Part shown: piece after piece, positions 29,273-60,745 of the stretch | How positions within the stretch are numbered: position 1 is the stretch's first letter | Layout of the letters: every line of letters begins with the position of its first letter | NCBI GenBank assembly: GCA_964016885.1 | Contig: OZ024759.1 | Location: forward strand, 29,326,001-29,390,000 | Reading direction: 5' to 3' | DNA: 64,000 bases | From: Eledone cirrhosa | Lineage: Eukaryota | Program-made: the position numbers and the translations under genes | The notes under the pieces: generated by a model | Database searches by the model: none | What the model saw: only the letters and a program-made list of their open reading frames with translations | Told to the model about the DNA's origin: nothing

Positions 29273-31204
29273 CTCAATCTCTCTTTCTCTCTCTATATAT
29301 ATATATCTATATATATAAATCTCAATCTCTCTTTTTCTCTCTCTCTATGTATATATATATATATAAATCTTAATCTCTCTTTCTATCTATATATAAATCT
29401 CAATCTCTCTCTCTCTCGTTATCAGAGAATTGTAATTATTCTGTCTGTTGGAGGGAGAGTTTGGTTGGTTTGGGGCTTTTTTGCTCTCTCGGCTATTTTA
29501 AGTCTGCATTTCTGCTTTTGTCTCTCTGCCTCTTTCCCATACACTTACACAAATATATACATACAGCTGTCTCACGCACCCACACACACACATGAATATA
29601 CAGTTATGTCACACACATGAACATACAGCTGTCATACACACACAAATATACAGCTATGTATCACACACACAACTCTAGTATATTTTTGTTTCCCTCTTTT
29701 TCCCTTTTACATGCACACAATGCATGCAGCACACACACCACACATTGTATACACCACACACCAAATGCAACACAAACTAACATACGCACGTGTGTTTGTG
29801 TTAGAGCAGTAAAGGTACTGTTAAAACCTAGAAATATGATGTGTGATGTTCTGTTTTCACTTTAAAATATTTTCTTCAGCTAACCCCCAGAGAACCAAAA
29901 CATCACAGAAGCCGAACTGAAACTTAAACCAAAATCAATCTGCAAATGTCTTTACCAAGTTTTAGAATCACTGAAAATATATCCTTATATTCTTCCGCTC
30001 TTCATTCCACTTAATATTTTCTTTCTCTACTTTTGGACAACTCCAAGACCTGGCCTGGTCTGTTTGTGTGACCTTCTGGTCAAGGCTGGTCTGTACAGAT
30101 CTGACCTGTTGACTCAGTCTGGGTTGTAGAGAAGAGTGTGACCTCCTGGTCTAGGCTGGTCTGTACAGATGTGACCTTATCTGGCCTGTTTTGTACCACT
30201 ATATATGACCTTTTGACTCAGTCTGGGCTGTAGAGAAGAGTGTGACTTCCTGGACTAGGCTGGTTGTTACAACTGTGTTTGAACTTTTGACCTGTCACCT
30301 CTTTGTTTAGATGTGTGACCTTGCTTGGTCAGGTCTCTTCAGATGTATGATCTACTGACCAGACCTAATCTGGTCTGTTATCTATAGCAATGTGTGATCT
30401 AACCTTGTGTATTCTATTACCTTTTTGGCAGAGTTGAGGGGTCAAGTCCTGCCTGGTTCAAGGGATCTGTGGAATAGCAGAATTGCGAAAGGGTCAGGTG
30501 AGATGCTTTGCAGTATCTTTCACAGCTCTCTATGTATGGAGTCCTGAGTTCAAATCCAACCTCTTCTCACGAGAAAACCAGTGACACATCTGCCATGGGT
30601 TGCTATTGACAGCCACTATCAGGAATGGGCAAGACCAATGCTAGGAGATATTGTTTTCTTTGTCTCATCTGTCATTTGTTTTTTTTTTTTTCTTAATCCT
30701 TTTAGACAAACAAATAAATAAAAATAAAGTGTTGCCTTTTAATAGGCGAGGGATAGGGTGAGAGAAAGGTGCAGGAGTCTTTACCCCCTCCCCCCCACCA
30801 CCCAAAAAAGGGGGAGAAATCTTCAAACTTCACCCCACCCAAAAATATATTGGCACTTTATCCAATATTTGGTCCACCTTTCTGTCCATGCTTCTATTAT
30901 TATTTTTAAATGATAATTATAAATATACATAATGATAATTTCTCTCTCTTCTGCTTCTCTTACTCGCCGATAAAATAAAGTAGCAGTCAAGTACTGACTG
31001 GAGCTGGGGCTCGGTTATGTGATTGGCTTGCCCCATGTCTCCCTTAATTTGCTGGCTTTCTGCCCTAACTTAGAAACCATTATTTGGATGGGGGGGTGAT
31101 GCAACCAACTGTCTTGTACCCTAAAATTACAAACCATTATATGGAGTGTGGAGTGTGGTCTTGGCTTGCTAGGGGCCGGGGTTTATTGTGATCCACTGTT
31201 TCTC

Positions 31205-31765
31205 TCCATAACCCCTTATTTGCTGGCCCTGTACCCTAAATTACAAACCATTATGTGGAGTGTAGTCTTGGCTTGGTAGGGGAAACGGGGTAATGTGAAG
31301 GGTCTGTTTCTCCACACCACCTCTTAATTGCTGGTCATGTACCCTAAATTACAAACCATTATATGAAATGTGGAAGGTTCGTTTTCTCCACACCACCTCT
31401 TAATTGCTGGTCATGTACCCTAAATTACAAACCATTATATGGAATGTGGAGGGTTCGTTTTCTCCACACCATCCCTTAATTGCTGGTCATGTACCCTAAA
31501 TTACAAATGATTATATGGAATGTGGAGGGTTCGTTTTCTCCACACCACCCCTTAATTGCTGGTCCCCTACCATAAATTACAAACCATTATATGGAATGTG
31601 GAGGGTCTGTTTTCTCTCCACACCACCCCTTAATTGCTGGTTCCCTACCATAAATTACAAACCATTATATGGAATGTGGAGGGTCTGTTTTCTCTCCACA
31701 CCACCCCTTAATTGCTGGTCCCCTACCATAAATTACAAACCATTATATGGAATATGAAGAGGCTG
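31205..31765. repeat. ~76-bp minisatellite related to the SINE B tail
   Basis: About 7 copies of ...TTAATTGCTGG...AAATTACAAACCATTAT... Confidence 0.88.
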
Positions 31766-33098
31766 TTTTCCTGTTTAAATTTTATCAACTGCCCTTCCTG
31801 ATTGCTACAGCCATCTCTTAGTTAATATATTTAAAAATATTTTAAAAAATTCTATATATTGCTGAATAAAACACAACAAATTGTGCAGTTTGGTGCACTC
31901 TAGAGTTATGTTGCCACATGCAGGAGGCTGAAGGTACTTGCTTTTTTATTTTTTTTATTTTTTTAATTCTGTTTTTGTTTTAAATTTTTTTTTCTTTTAA
32001 ACACGTGTACAGCAGCTGCTCCCAGTTCTGAAGTGACCCCTCCCCACTCTTTTAACTTAATACTTTGTATTGTTGATGTCAATGTTATGGTTATTGATGA
32101 TGATGATGATGGTAGTGGTGATGGTGATGGTTCTATTGTGGGAGGTATGATCACATTGGTGGGTGGTGGAGGTGCTTGTCGTGGGAGGTTTGACCACATG
32201 GTGGTGGTGGGGGTGCTTGTCGTGGGATGTTTGACCACGTGGTGGTGGTGGTGGTGGTAGTAGCTCTGTCATGAGGGCGGGTATGATCACCTGTTATTAG
32301 TGTTGGTGGTTCTGTCATGGAGGGGGTATGACCACATGTTATTGGTGGTGGGGGTTCTCTTACAGGGGATTGATGGAGGTTGAAGGTATGACCACATTAT
32401 TTATGGTGGGGGTGTTATACCACCACTTGTTATTGAGGGTGATAGTGATACTGTCAGTGGAGGGGGTTTACCACCACCACTTGTTATTGATGATGATGAT
32501 GATACTGTCAGAGGAGGGGGGGGGGGGTTACCACCACCACCACTTGTTATTGATGATGATACTATCAATGCAGGGGGGTATACAACAACAACAACAACCA
32601 CCACCACCACCACTGCTGTTATTGTCAGAGCTTGTCCAATGGAATCCAAGCTCCAGGTAGCCACAATATTTACCTATCCACCTATAATTACCTACCTACC
32701 TATCTATCTATCTAATTACTTACCTGCCAATCAAACCAGCTGTCCACCCAACACTCTAATCACACTGCTTGTTCCAGAAATTTCCGCTGTAAATTAAATA
32801 CAGTCCAAGAGCAACAACCAATAAAATAATTTTTTCCTAAGTTTTCTCTTTTCTCTCACTGCTTCAGTCTGCCATCTTTCTTGCCTTTTTTATAAGCGCA
32901 TGTTTTTGTTGCTTTATATCTGTCTTGTGGGTGGGTGTGTATGTATACTCTTTTACTCTTACCTGTTCCAGCCATCTGGCTGAGGCCATGCTGGGGCACC
33001 ACCCTTGGAATGTATATGTATGTATATATATATATGTATGTGTGTGTGTGTGTATGTATATATATGTGTGTGTATATGTATATATACATATACACGCA

Positions 33099-33432
33099 CA
33101 TGGCTTAGTGGTTAGAGCATTGGCCTTGCAATCAAAAGGTTGTGAGTTCAATTCTCAGACCGGGTGATGTGTTGTTTCCTTTAGCAAGACACTTTATTTC
33201 ACATTGCTCAAGTTTACTCAGCTGTAGAAATGAAATGTTAGGGACTGGGGTCCCTATCATTCCACTGCAAAGTGGTTGTGGAGGTGCCACGGCAAAAAAG
33301 CACCCAGCACTCACTGTAAATGAGGTTGGTGTTAGGAAGGGCATCCAGCTGTAGAAATCGAGCCAGAATCAGTTCCCGTCCCACCCTTGCAAGCAGGGAA
33401 AAAGTGGACGTAAAAATGATGATGATGATGAT
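33099..33432 (+). mobile_element. tRNA-derived SINE family A, full-length copy
   Basis: A box TGGCTTAGTGG, B-box-like GAGTTCAATTC, central AGCAAGACACTT, RTE-type 3' tail plus (TGA)n; copies at 47388-47692(+), 57450-57774(-), 55145-55400(-), 943-1105(-). Confidence 0.85.
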
Positions 33433-33463
33433 GATATATGTATATATATATATATATACATAC

Positions 33464-33501
<38 letters not shown>

Positions 33502-33604
33502 TACCAAAATTAAATTAAAGATGTCATGTCTGAGAGTATCAGAAACGTGTGCCATACGTATATGTATGTATGTATGTATTTATTTATATATATATATATG
33601 TATG

Positions 33605-33639
<35 letters not shown>

Positions 33640-34210
33640 AAAGAATGAATAATTACAGGTTGACATCATAAAAAGGTAATTTATTCTGTGTGTTTACAAA
33701 TGTTTCCATGGTGATGTTTGTATGTATATATATATGTATGTATATATATGCATGTATGTATGTATATATATGTCATCACATGGTACCATGGGCCCAGCAC
33801 TATGTGTCAATAGTTGTCACAAGTGTAGTGTTTGTACCAGAGTTTTCAAGTCGCTGGCTGGACTAAAAAGTCACACTCGTTCAGCGCATCGGTAGGGGTT
33901 CTCCTACATGGATATAAAGTAGTGGCCGTACTCGAAAACGAGTTGGCAGCCACCACTGTGTATATATATATATATATATATTGCAGAAAATAAGTTCCTT
34001 ATATGCAGTTATGTTGTAACCTCTTGAGTATAAGCCGGTCCGAGCGATCCCAAAGCACTTCATGTCAGTAGTTTCCCAGCTAAGAGTTGGTGATTAGGAG
34101 TGACGGAGTATTCATTTATCAAATAATCCTGTCTTAACTACTCTTATTTGATATATATTCACATATAAAAAATTAAATTTCTCTCTACATGGCTGAATAC
34201 AATAAATGTA

Positions 34211-34491
34211 TACATAAATATATGTTAATAAATGTAATCTGAGTTTTTCGAATATTAATAACAACATTCGATTTGTTTGCAATTATGCAAAAAAGCCTCA
34301 ATTTTATAGCCATGTCAGTAGAATGAACCCTTCATTCTTGCTCTTGTGTTGGCATGTGAACACAAGAGCAAGAATGAAGGGTTCATTCTACTGACATGGC
34401 TATAAAATTGAGGCTTTTTTGCATAATTGCAAACGAATCAAATGTTTTTATTAATATTCGAAAAATACATTTATTAACATATATTTATGTA
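34211..34491. repeat. Long near-perfect palindrome, arms about 135-140 bp, 8-nt loop
   Basis: Inner ~75 bp perfectly complementary around GGCATGTG (34351-34358). Confidence 0.92.
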
Positions 34492-35019
34492 ATCATAGAT
34501 TAATGAGAAAAATCTTAATGCAAGAAAGATCTTAGAACAGCAAAATACTGTCAATGACAGCGTTGGATAAAATTTACCTCAAAGGACAGAATTCAGTGGT
34601 TGGTGGCCAACACACTTCTCACCGTTGATTTCTGTCCCTTTTTTATTATTCTATGAATTCGAATACACTTGCACTCCAACTTGATCTTCGAGAAAACTTT
34701 ATATGTATGTATGTTTATGGTGTGCATGTGGTGTGTAATGATACAACAGAAACTAGCTTAAAACAAGGTTTGTTATCCCAAATGTTTATAGTATCTTTAT
34801 TAGAGGTGAGACCATTAGGAAAATTTAAAGTAAAGACCTTTAAATTTTAATGTGATACATATTGCTGTTTTGTACTTTTCAATGATTTTTTGCTAATGTG
34901 GTACAGGACTTTAAGCTCTGGAGGACAGTCATGAGTGGAGCCCTTATGACATCATATTGACAATAGGATCCCTTCCTGTCCTTTTTACATAATATAAAAT
35001 ACAAAATATATTGAGATAT

Positions 35020-35025
35020 TTTATT
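35020..35025 (-). terminator. Putative DDX41 polyadenylation signal AATAAA
   Basis: AATAAA on the minus strand about 145 nt after the stop. Confidence 0.45.
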
Positions 35026-35170
35026 TTACAAGAATATAATTTATGACAATTTATAAAAATGTGGTAGTGGGGATGGTGTTGGTTGGGGATAATTATTCCC
35101 CTACCCCACCACTACACAAACATATATACACCATCACTACCACCATCTTCTAGCTCTCGTCTTCAGGTTG

Positions 35171-52894
<17,724 letters not shown>

Positions 52895-53122
52895 GTTTAC
52901 ATTTGAGTCTGGCCAGCAATGAACAAAATGAATTTTAATTGGAAAATAAAGGGAAGTAATCCACCATGTAGTTGCTTTCCTGTGGACGGAGGTAAAGATT
53001 CGTGACTGTAATTTATGGCATATGTATACGGACTGTCCCCTAAAGATGTATACACACTTCAACAGCTTTCTAATACTGCCTGTAGAGGTAATCAACGTGT
53101 GTGTATACATTTTTGGGACAGC

Positions 53123-53162
<40 letters not shown>

Positions 53163-53252
53163 TACATACACACAGATATGTAACATATATAAACATATGA
53201 TTGTTGTATATATATATAAAAGTATATTTATTTATTTAAGTATACATATAAC

Positions 53253-53985
53253 AGGTAGGGAGAAATATGTATGCAGTAGATGTACAGGGAAATTAGACAG
53301 TAGAAGTCGCACTGATAGACACATTTTTCAAATGCAAGAGGGCGCTATAGAAGTGGTGGATAGCTTCCGGTACCTAGGAGATCAGATTAGCATAGGAGGA
53401 GGGTGTTCCGAGGCCATAGTATCTAGAATAAGGACGGGTTGGAAGAAGTTTAGGGAGCTGCTTCCTCTGTTGACGAAGAAGGGTTTCTCCCTGCGTACGA
53501 AAGGCCGGTTGTATGATGCCTGTGTGAGGAGCGCGATGCTGCATGGTAGTGAGACATGGGCAGCAACTGCAGAGGATATGCGATGGCTGGAGAGAAATGA
53601 GGCAAGCATGCTCCGTTGGATGTGCAGTGTAAATGTGCGTGAACGACCCAGCATAAATGTGTTGAGAGAGAGACTGTGTCTGAGAGGGATAGAATGTAGT
53701 GTATGGGAGAGGAGACTGAGGTGGGATGGACATGTGATGCGCATGGAGGATGACCGATGGGTGAAGAAGTGCCAGGAATTGCCAGTTGAAGGAAGACATG
53801 GTAGAGGTAGACCACGAAAAACATGGGCGGAGGTGGTGAGAACAGACCTCAGATCATTGAAGCTCACGGTGGAGATGACGAGGGACCGTGACGAGTGGAG
53901 AGATGCTGTGCTGAATAAGACCCGTCCCACCCTTGCAAGCAGGGAAAAGCGGACGTAAAATGATGATGATGATGATGATGATGAC
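53253..53985 (+). mobile_element. 5'-truncated RTE-clade LINE (RT C-terminus plus 3' tail (TGA)n)
   Basis: FRYLG...GSETW...RRLRWDGHVMRM...GRGRPRKTW, open frame to 53958. Confidence 0.88.
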
Positions 53986-54345
53986 ACACACATTCTAGCT
54001 AACTTACAATACAAACACTTATATGTTGGTATTTGTGTTTATCATATATATTAATTTATATTAACTTGTATATATATTTATATACATTTTTATACCTTGG
54101 CCAAATCAGTTCCTGTATGAGCAAGGCATGGTCAGCCGACCAGACATTGCCCACAACAGGACAACCCGTCTAACCCATGCTAGCGTGGAAGAACGAACGT
54201 AAAACGGTGATGATGATGATGGGAGGGTCATACTATATATATATATATACTTATATGTACATATATATATATACATACATATATATATGTATATATACAT
54301 ACATATATATATATTTATATACATTTTTATACCTTAGGAGGGTCA

Positions 54346-54381
<36 letters not shown>

Positions 54382-54387
54382 TCAAAA

Positions 54388-54452
54388 TATTATTATACAT
54401 ATTTCAGAAGTACTGAGTTAAGTTCAACATTACGTCCTCATCAGATAAAATA
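54388..54452 (-). ncRNA. Type-I hammerhead ribozyme motif, same stem-I sequence as the 62374 motif
   Basis: Minus strand: TATTTTAT-CTGATGA-GGACGTAATGTTGAACTTAACTCAGTACTTCT-GAAA-TATATG-TA-ATAATA; imperfect stems I and II; GUA triplet. Confidence 0.6.
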
Positions 54453-56989
54453 AGATGATGCATGACATACCCTGACATAGTAGATGGTTAAGATTCAGTC
54501 ATGGTAGTAAATATATATATATATAAATACACAGTATATATGTGTGTATATATTAAGGGCTGAAACACTTGCTTGAGCGGGGTTTTCTTCTCTGAAAACC
54601 TTCTGCTGTCTAGCTCTTGATCATTTAAATATGTTTTCATAGTTGGTTTGTGTTGTATTCTAGAATAAATTTAGAATCAATGAAAACGGTTGTTAATTTT
54701 GGACATAAAATAAGGAGGTCTCTATACATTGTTCACTTCGGAAATTAGAGCACTTTCGTGTAAAAAATTACATGAAAACTGGAAGTATCTAAATTTCCAT
54801 GACTTGGTACATCCTGGTTCTACTTTGTGACAGTAGAAAACCAGTAATCTTCTAGCATTGCTCTCATTGTGTCTGATGATGATAGCTTTATATAGATATA
54901 TAGTTGTGTATGTAAATATTAGTAGGAAACATTTAAAAAAAAAAAAAATGTAAACATGTAAAGTGGTATTTGTGGAATCATGATAAAATAAATAGTGTAT
55001 GCTGTAAAGTGGTTGGCATTAGATACGGCATCCAGCCAGTCCTAAAATAAAGTGTACAGGCAAGATATAGTCACCTGAATCCGTCTAAGCTGTGCAAACA
55101 TGGAAAATAGGGGTTATGTGGTGTTGTTGATGATGGTGATATCATCATCATTTTTTCATCATTTTTTCGTCCGCTTTTCCCTGCTTGCAAGGGTGGGACT
55201 TCTGGCTTGATTTCTACAGCTGGATGCCCTTCCTAACACCAACCTCATTTACAGTGAGTGCTGGGTGCTTTTTTGCCGTGGCATCTCCGCGACCACTTTA
55301 CAGTCCTATCATCCCATTTCTACAGCTGAGTAAACTGGAGCAATGTGAAATAAAGTGTCTTGCTCAAGGAAACAACACATCACCTGGTCTGAGAATTGAA
55401 CTATATATATATTTAGGGATTGTAACATCTGTAAGTTCAGAGTCAGGCCAGATCGATACAGATTGAGCCTTGAGCTGACCAATCATGAAACATGCATCAC
55501 ACCTCAATAAACATAATGTTGATCTAACACTTCGTTCTTTTTATCAGTTCCCGTCCCACCCTTGCAAGCAGGGAAAAAGCGGACGTAAAATGAAGTGAAA
55601 ATGAATGAAATGGTATGTATATAATCATCACCGTGATGTCTTTTTTTCCAAGCTAGCATGGGTTAGACGAGTTGTTACATTGTGAGACAAGTCAGACTAG
55701 GTGACCCAATTTTGCTCACACAGAACTTCTTCTTAAACCAGCTGAAATGTTTATTTACCCTGGTTCAAATAAATGACTTTTAAAACCATGATTTGTTGTG
55801 TGTGAGAACAAATCTGTACAGCTCCTTCCTGGCTTACAGAAAGTTAAACAAAAGGTTTTAGAATTCAGCTGACATACTTTCATGGAAGAATGATTTCTTA
55901 ATTTGAGTCTACATATGTATGTATATGTGTGTGAGTGTGTATGTTGTTTGGTATGTATACATGTAAATATATATAACGAAGGAAAACATAAACAAACTAA
56001 GGGAGAAATTAGGAATAAGAGGGATCAGATGTTGTTTAATCGAGAGAAGACTACGTTGGTACGGTCACGTGATGCGCATGAAAGACGACAGCTGTATAAA
56101 AAAAAAAAAAAAAAAAAGTGCAGGGCGATAAAAATAGACGGTAGCCACGGAGTAGGCAGACCCAGAAAAACCTGGGACGACTTGATAAATTCCGACCTCA
56201 CACACTTACACCTCTCCAAGACAATGTCACTGGACCGAGATCTTTGGCGCTACACAGTCATACCGAAGACCCACCTTGCCTAAGTACAAAGCGAAACTTA
56301 CAGTCAGTAGGCACCTCTAACAAAATACACCCCCCGTCCCTCTACCCCCACCCCATCCACACCACCCCCTTAAATGTGAAGTTATGTTGGTACCACAACA
56401 TCCAGTCCGAAACAAATGAGGTTGTGTAGGTGTCACGACAAAAAAGACACACAGTCCATGCTGTAATGTGGCCGTGTAGGTAACACGGTAAAAACCTCCC
56501 AGTCCACACTGTAAACGTGGTTGGTGTTGGGAAGGGCACCCAGCCGTAGAAAACCTGCCAGACGTGTAGGTGTCATGACAAAAAAACACACAGTCCACGC
56601 TGTAATGTGGCCGTGTAGGTAAAACGGTAAAAACCTCTCAGTCCACACTGTAAACGTAGTTGGTGTTAGGAAGGACATCCAGCCATAGAAAACCCACCAG
56701 ACAGTCCTATACGAGCAGGACAACCAATCTTGCCTCAAGTGGGAAAACTCCCGTCCAAACCTATGCAAGCGTGGAAGATGGACGTTAAACGATGATGATG
56801 ATGAAGGAAGTGTGGTAAGGAACCAGATGGATCATAACGGACTAGAGTACTCAATACTTAGGGTAGTAGAGTGGGTAATAGGAAAATGTATGACCCCCAA
56901 CGGCAGAGCTCAAGCCGTTTCGACGGCTATTTCTTTATTAATTATTTGTCGATTTTCATAAAACTTGTTTTATTTTGAACAATACAGTG

Positions 56990-57395
56990 TTAAAATTCTA
57001 CATAGGCACCAGTGTTGTCCACCAGTATCTGTAATAATCTGGATATATCTTCAAATGACTTCATCAGGAACTCAAGTGGTATGTTGATCAGTACATGGTA
57101 AATGGATTCATTCCTCCAATTGAGTCAGAGTTTTTGCTTTGAGCTATAAACCCACCTGAAAAAAAAATCACATGGCCTTAAGTCAGGGCCTCTTGCTGGC
57201 CATTCATGTGGACCTCAATGACCCACCACTGTCTTGGGAATTGGGATATCAAGCCACTCGCTAATAGTGCATGCAAAATAAGGAGGGGGCCCATCTTTCA
57301 TTAATTTTAAGTTATTTGTGTTGTCCTGAGTGGTCACAGTAGGCCAAAAGTTATAAGCAATTTTCAATAGACCCTTTCTTTCCACCCAGTCTGTA
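56990..57395 (-). mobile_element. Tc1/mariner transposase remnant
   Basis: Frameshifted peptides KDGPPPYFA...EWLD and WPARGPDLRPCDFF resemble the QDGAPPH and WPxxSPDLxPxDFF motifs. Confidence 0.7.
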
Positions 57396-57449
57396 ATATA
57401 CATATATATGTATGTATATGTATGTGTATATATATATCATCATTATAAT

Positions 57450-57774
57450 CATCATCATCATTTTACGTCCACTTTTCCCTGCTTGCAAGGGTGGGACGGG
57501 AACTGATTCTGGCTTGATTTCTACAGCTGGATGCCCTTCCTAACACCAACCTCATTTACAGTGAGTGCTGGGTGCTTCTTTGCCGTGGCACCTCCACGAC
57601 GACTTTGCAGTGGAATGATAGGGACCCCAGTCCCTATCATCTCATTTCTACAGCTGAGTAAACTGGAGCAATGTGAAATAAAGTGTCTTGCTCAAGGAAA
57701 CAACACATCACCCGGTCTGAGAATTGAACTCACAACCTTTCGATTGCAAGGCCAATGCTCTAACCACTAAGCCA
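57450..57774 (-). mobile_element. SINE family A copy
   Basis: Reverse complement of the 33099-33432 type. Confidence 0.85.
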
Positions 57775-58250
57775 TATATATATATATATATGTATAATTC
57801 ACGAAAGAAGAGTGACATGGTTGGCTTTACAATAAGGGCTTTATTCACATTGCTGACAATTGTTTCTTTGATCTGGTAGGTCTAGAGTTCGCTACTCGCT
57901 TGATGTTGTGTCAATCGATCTCCAATACTTTGTTTATAACCAGTCGTTTCATCAGAGTGTGCGAAAGTGAGGAAGATACTCAAGGCATGGCTTTTATAGA
58001 GGAGTGGTATTAAACCAGAACAATAATATCAATAATAAAATAACGAGATACTGAATAGTAAAAATAATAACATCAATATAAGTAAGAAATAGAGTATAAT
58101 GATGAATCTAGCATATTAAACGAACTGATATGATACAGATGTATGAAATTGACATGTGAAAACTGCTATAGGGTACATTAGATGTAGTGCTAAGGTGGTG
58201 GAGAGATAACTGATGACTGCCTATAACGATAACCTGTTATCCCGTATATA

Positions 58251-58291
<41 letters not shown>

Positions 58292-58544
58292 ATATATATA
58301 TGTATGTGTATATATATACATATATATATATGTATGTGTATATATATATGTGTATATATATACATATATATGTAGTGTATATATATGTATGTGTATATAT
58401 ATATGTATGCATATATATATATATGTATGTGTATATATATATATGTATGTGTATATATATATATGTGTATAAATATATATATGTATGTACATCTATATAT
58501 ATATATGTATATATATGCATGTGTATGTATATATGTATGTGTAT

Positions 58545-59595
58545 ATAACTTTGAAATGTTTTGGCCAGTATTGGCCCAGGCCATGTCTAACTTAATAGCA
58601 CCACCTGGCGAAGTCTTTCAATTCAGGATTTGGGCACCATGGCCCATTCGAGAAGAGAATTACTGTTTGCGGAGACATATCCGGGTGTGGGTGGTTTGTC
58701 CGGGATTACTTGGAGGAATTTGTCCAAAGACTTCTTGAATTTTGTGTGGTCAGTTTCTGTTTTGACGTGTCCTGGTGTGATGTTGAAGAGAGCAGGGCCG
58801 ATTGAGGTGAAATAATTGTGCCGTATTGTTGTTATGAGTTGCGATTTAGATTTTTGAATGGGACGGATAGCACGGGGCCCAAGCCTTGGGTGTATCTTGA
58901 AGGCGATGCCAACATCATTTGGGCAGTGATGATGGAACATTTTCCACATCATGCAGATAATATAACGCTCACGGCGACGTTGGAGTGAGTAAAGTTTCAG
59001 GTTTTCCAATCGACCCCAGTAGTCAAGGTCTGACATGCCATCTATCTTTTTCGTGATTGCCCTTTGAGGAGCTTCAAGTTTCATGATACTTTGTTTCGTG
59101 TGGGGAGACCACAGTGGACAACAGTATTCAAGGTGTGGTCGGGCGAAAGTAGAGAAGAGAAGGATAATGGTGCGGGAATCTCTCGACTGGAAGGTTCTGA
59201 GGATCCAGGAACACATTCTGCGGGCCATGTCAACTTTGCTGCTTATATGCGTGGTCCAGCTTATGTTGCTGTCCACGGTTACTCCCAAGTCTCTGATGTT
59301 GTTAGATGCCACGAGAGTTTCCCCGGAGGGAAGGGAGTACGGGAGTTTCAGAGCATCCTCTTTTCCAAAGTGGATCAGTTCGAATTTGTCTTCGTTCAGT
59401 AACATGTTGTTCTTTTCTGCCCATTGGGTAACAGCCAGTAGGTCTGACTGAAGGCTTATCCGGTCATCCACGCCATTGATGACCTTTTGGAGCTTGGAAT
59501 CATCAGCGAAAATTTTAATGTTGCTGTGTTTGATGATGTCAGTGATGTCATTAATATAGATGATAAAGAGAAGTGGGCCCAACACAGTGCCTTGT
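58545..59595 (-). mobile_element. 5'-truncated CR1/L2-Jockey-group LINE (RT domain) inserted in a TA-rich microsatellite
   Basis: [16 protein letters not shown]...FADD...RDLGV...[13 protein letters not shown]; uninterrupted for about 320 codons. Confidence 0.9.
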
Positions 59596-59858
59596 CTATA
59601 TATATGTGTATAAATATATATATGTATGTACGTGTATATATATATGTATATATATATATGTATATATGTATGTGTATGTATATATGTATGTGTATGTATA
59701 TATGTATGTTTATATATATGTGTGTATATATGCATGTATATATGTGCATATTGATATATGTATGTGTGTGTATATATATATATATACACACACATATACA
59801 AGCACATTTATACATAAATATATGTACATATATACATGCATATATATACAGATATACA

Positions 59859-59920
<62 letters not shown>

Positions 59921-60327
59921 TATACACACCCATATATATCTAGAGAGAGATGAGGTAGTGTTGGTATCTAGAAATTCATGACCAGTGTTGGTTGATCAAC
60001 ACATTGTTAGGCTATGAAACTAGGTTGGAGTGAGGATAAACACTTAGTCTAAACAAGTTATCAAATTTAAATTGAATTTATCATCATCATTATCATCATT
60101 GTTAATTTAAATTCGTTTTCTTTGTTAGTGTGGGTGGACTATTTGTTAAATTTTCATTATTATTAGGATGTTAAGAGTTAATATTTCTCTTCCACCCACC
60201 TCATCATCATCATTTTATGTCTGCCTTCTATCTTGGCATGGGCTGGACAGCCTGTCAAGGTCCACAACTGGACAGGTCAGAATGACCTAATCATGTTCTT
60301 ACCTTCCATATTAGACATGGTCTCTAA

Positions 60328-60745
60328 CACTTTACAGAGTGGACTGAGTGTGTTTTGTCATGGCACCAGCACTTTCACTTTACAGAGTGTACTGGGTGTG
60401 TTTTGTCATGATACCAGCACTACCACTTTACAGAATCTACTGGGTGTGTTTTGTCATGGCACCAGCACTATCACTTTACAGAATCTACTGGGTGTGCTTT
60501 GTCATGGCACCAGCACTATCACTTTACAGAGTGTACTGGGTGTGTTTTGTCATTATACCAGCACTACCACTTTACAGAGTGTACTGGGTGTGTTTTGTCA
60601 TGATACTAGAACTACCACTTTACAGAGTGTACTGGGTGTGTTTTGTCATGATACCAGCACTACCACTTTACAGAGTGTACTGGGTGTATTTTGTCATGGC
60701 ATCATGACTCACTTTACAGCATGTACTGGGTGTATTTTATTATGC
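60328..60745. repeat. 48-bp minisatellite, SINE-derived unit
   Basis: About 8-9 copies of CACTTTACAGAGTGTACTGGGTGTGTTTTGTCATG... Confidence 0.92.

Noticed and set aside
33099-33175. tRNA gene-like A/B boxes (many copies)
   Set aside because: They continue into SINE body and tail and lack a convincing cloverleaf; SINE heads, not tRNA genes.
53101-53958. 285-aa ORF as a divergent host gene sharing the DDX41 promoter
   Set aside because: The N-terminus is microsatellite and the rest is a truncated RTE reverse transcriptase with other copies in the window.
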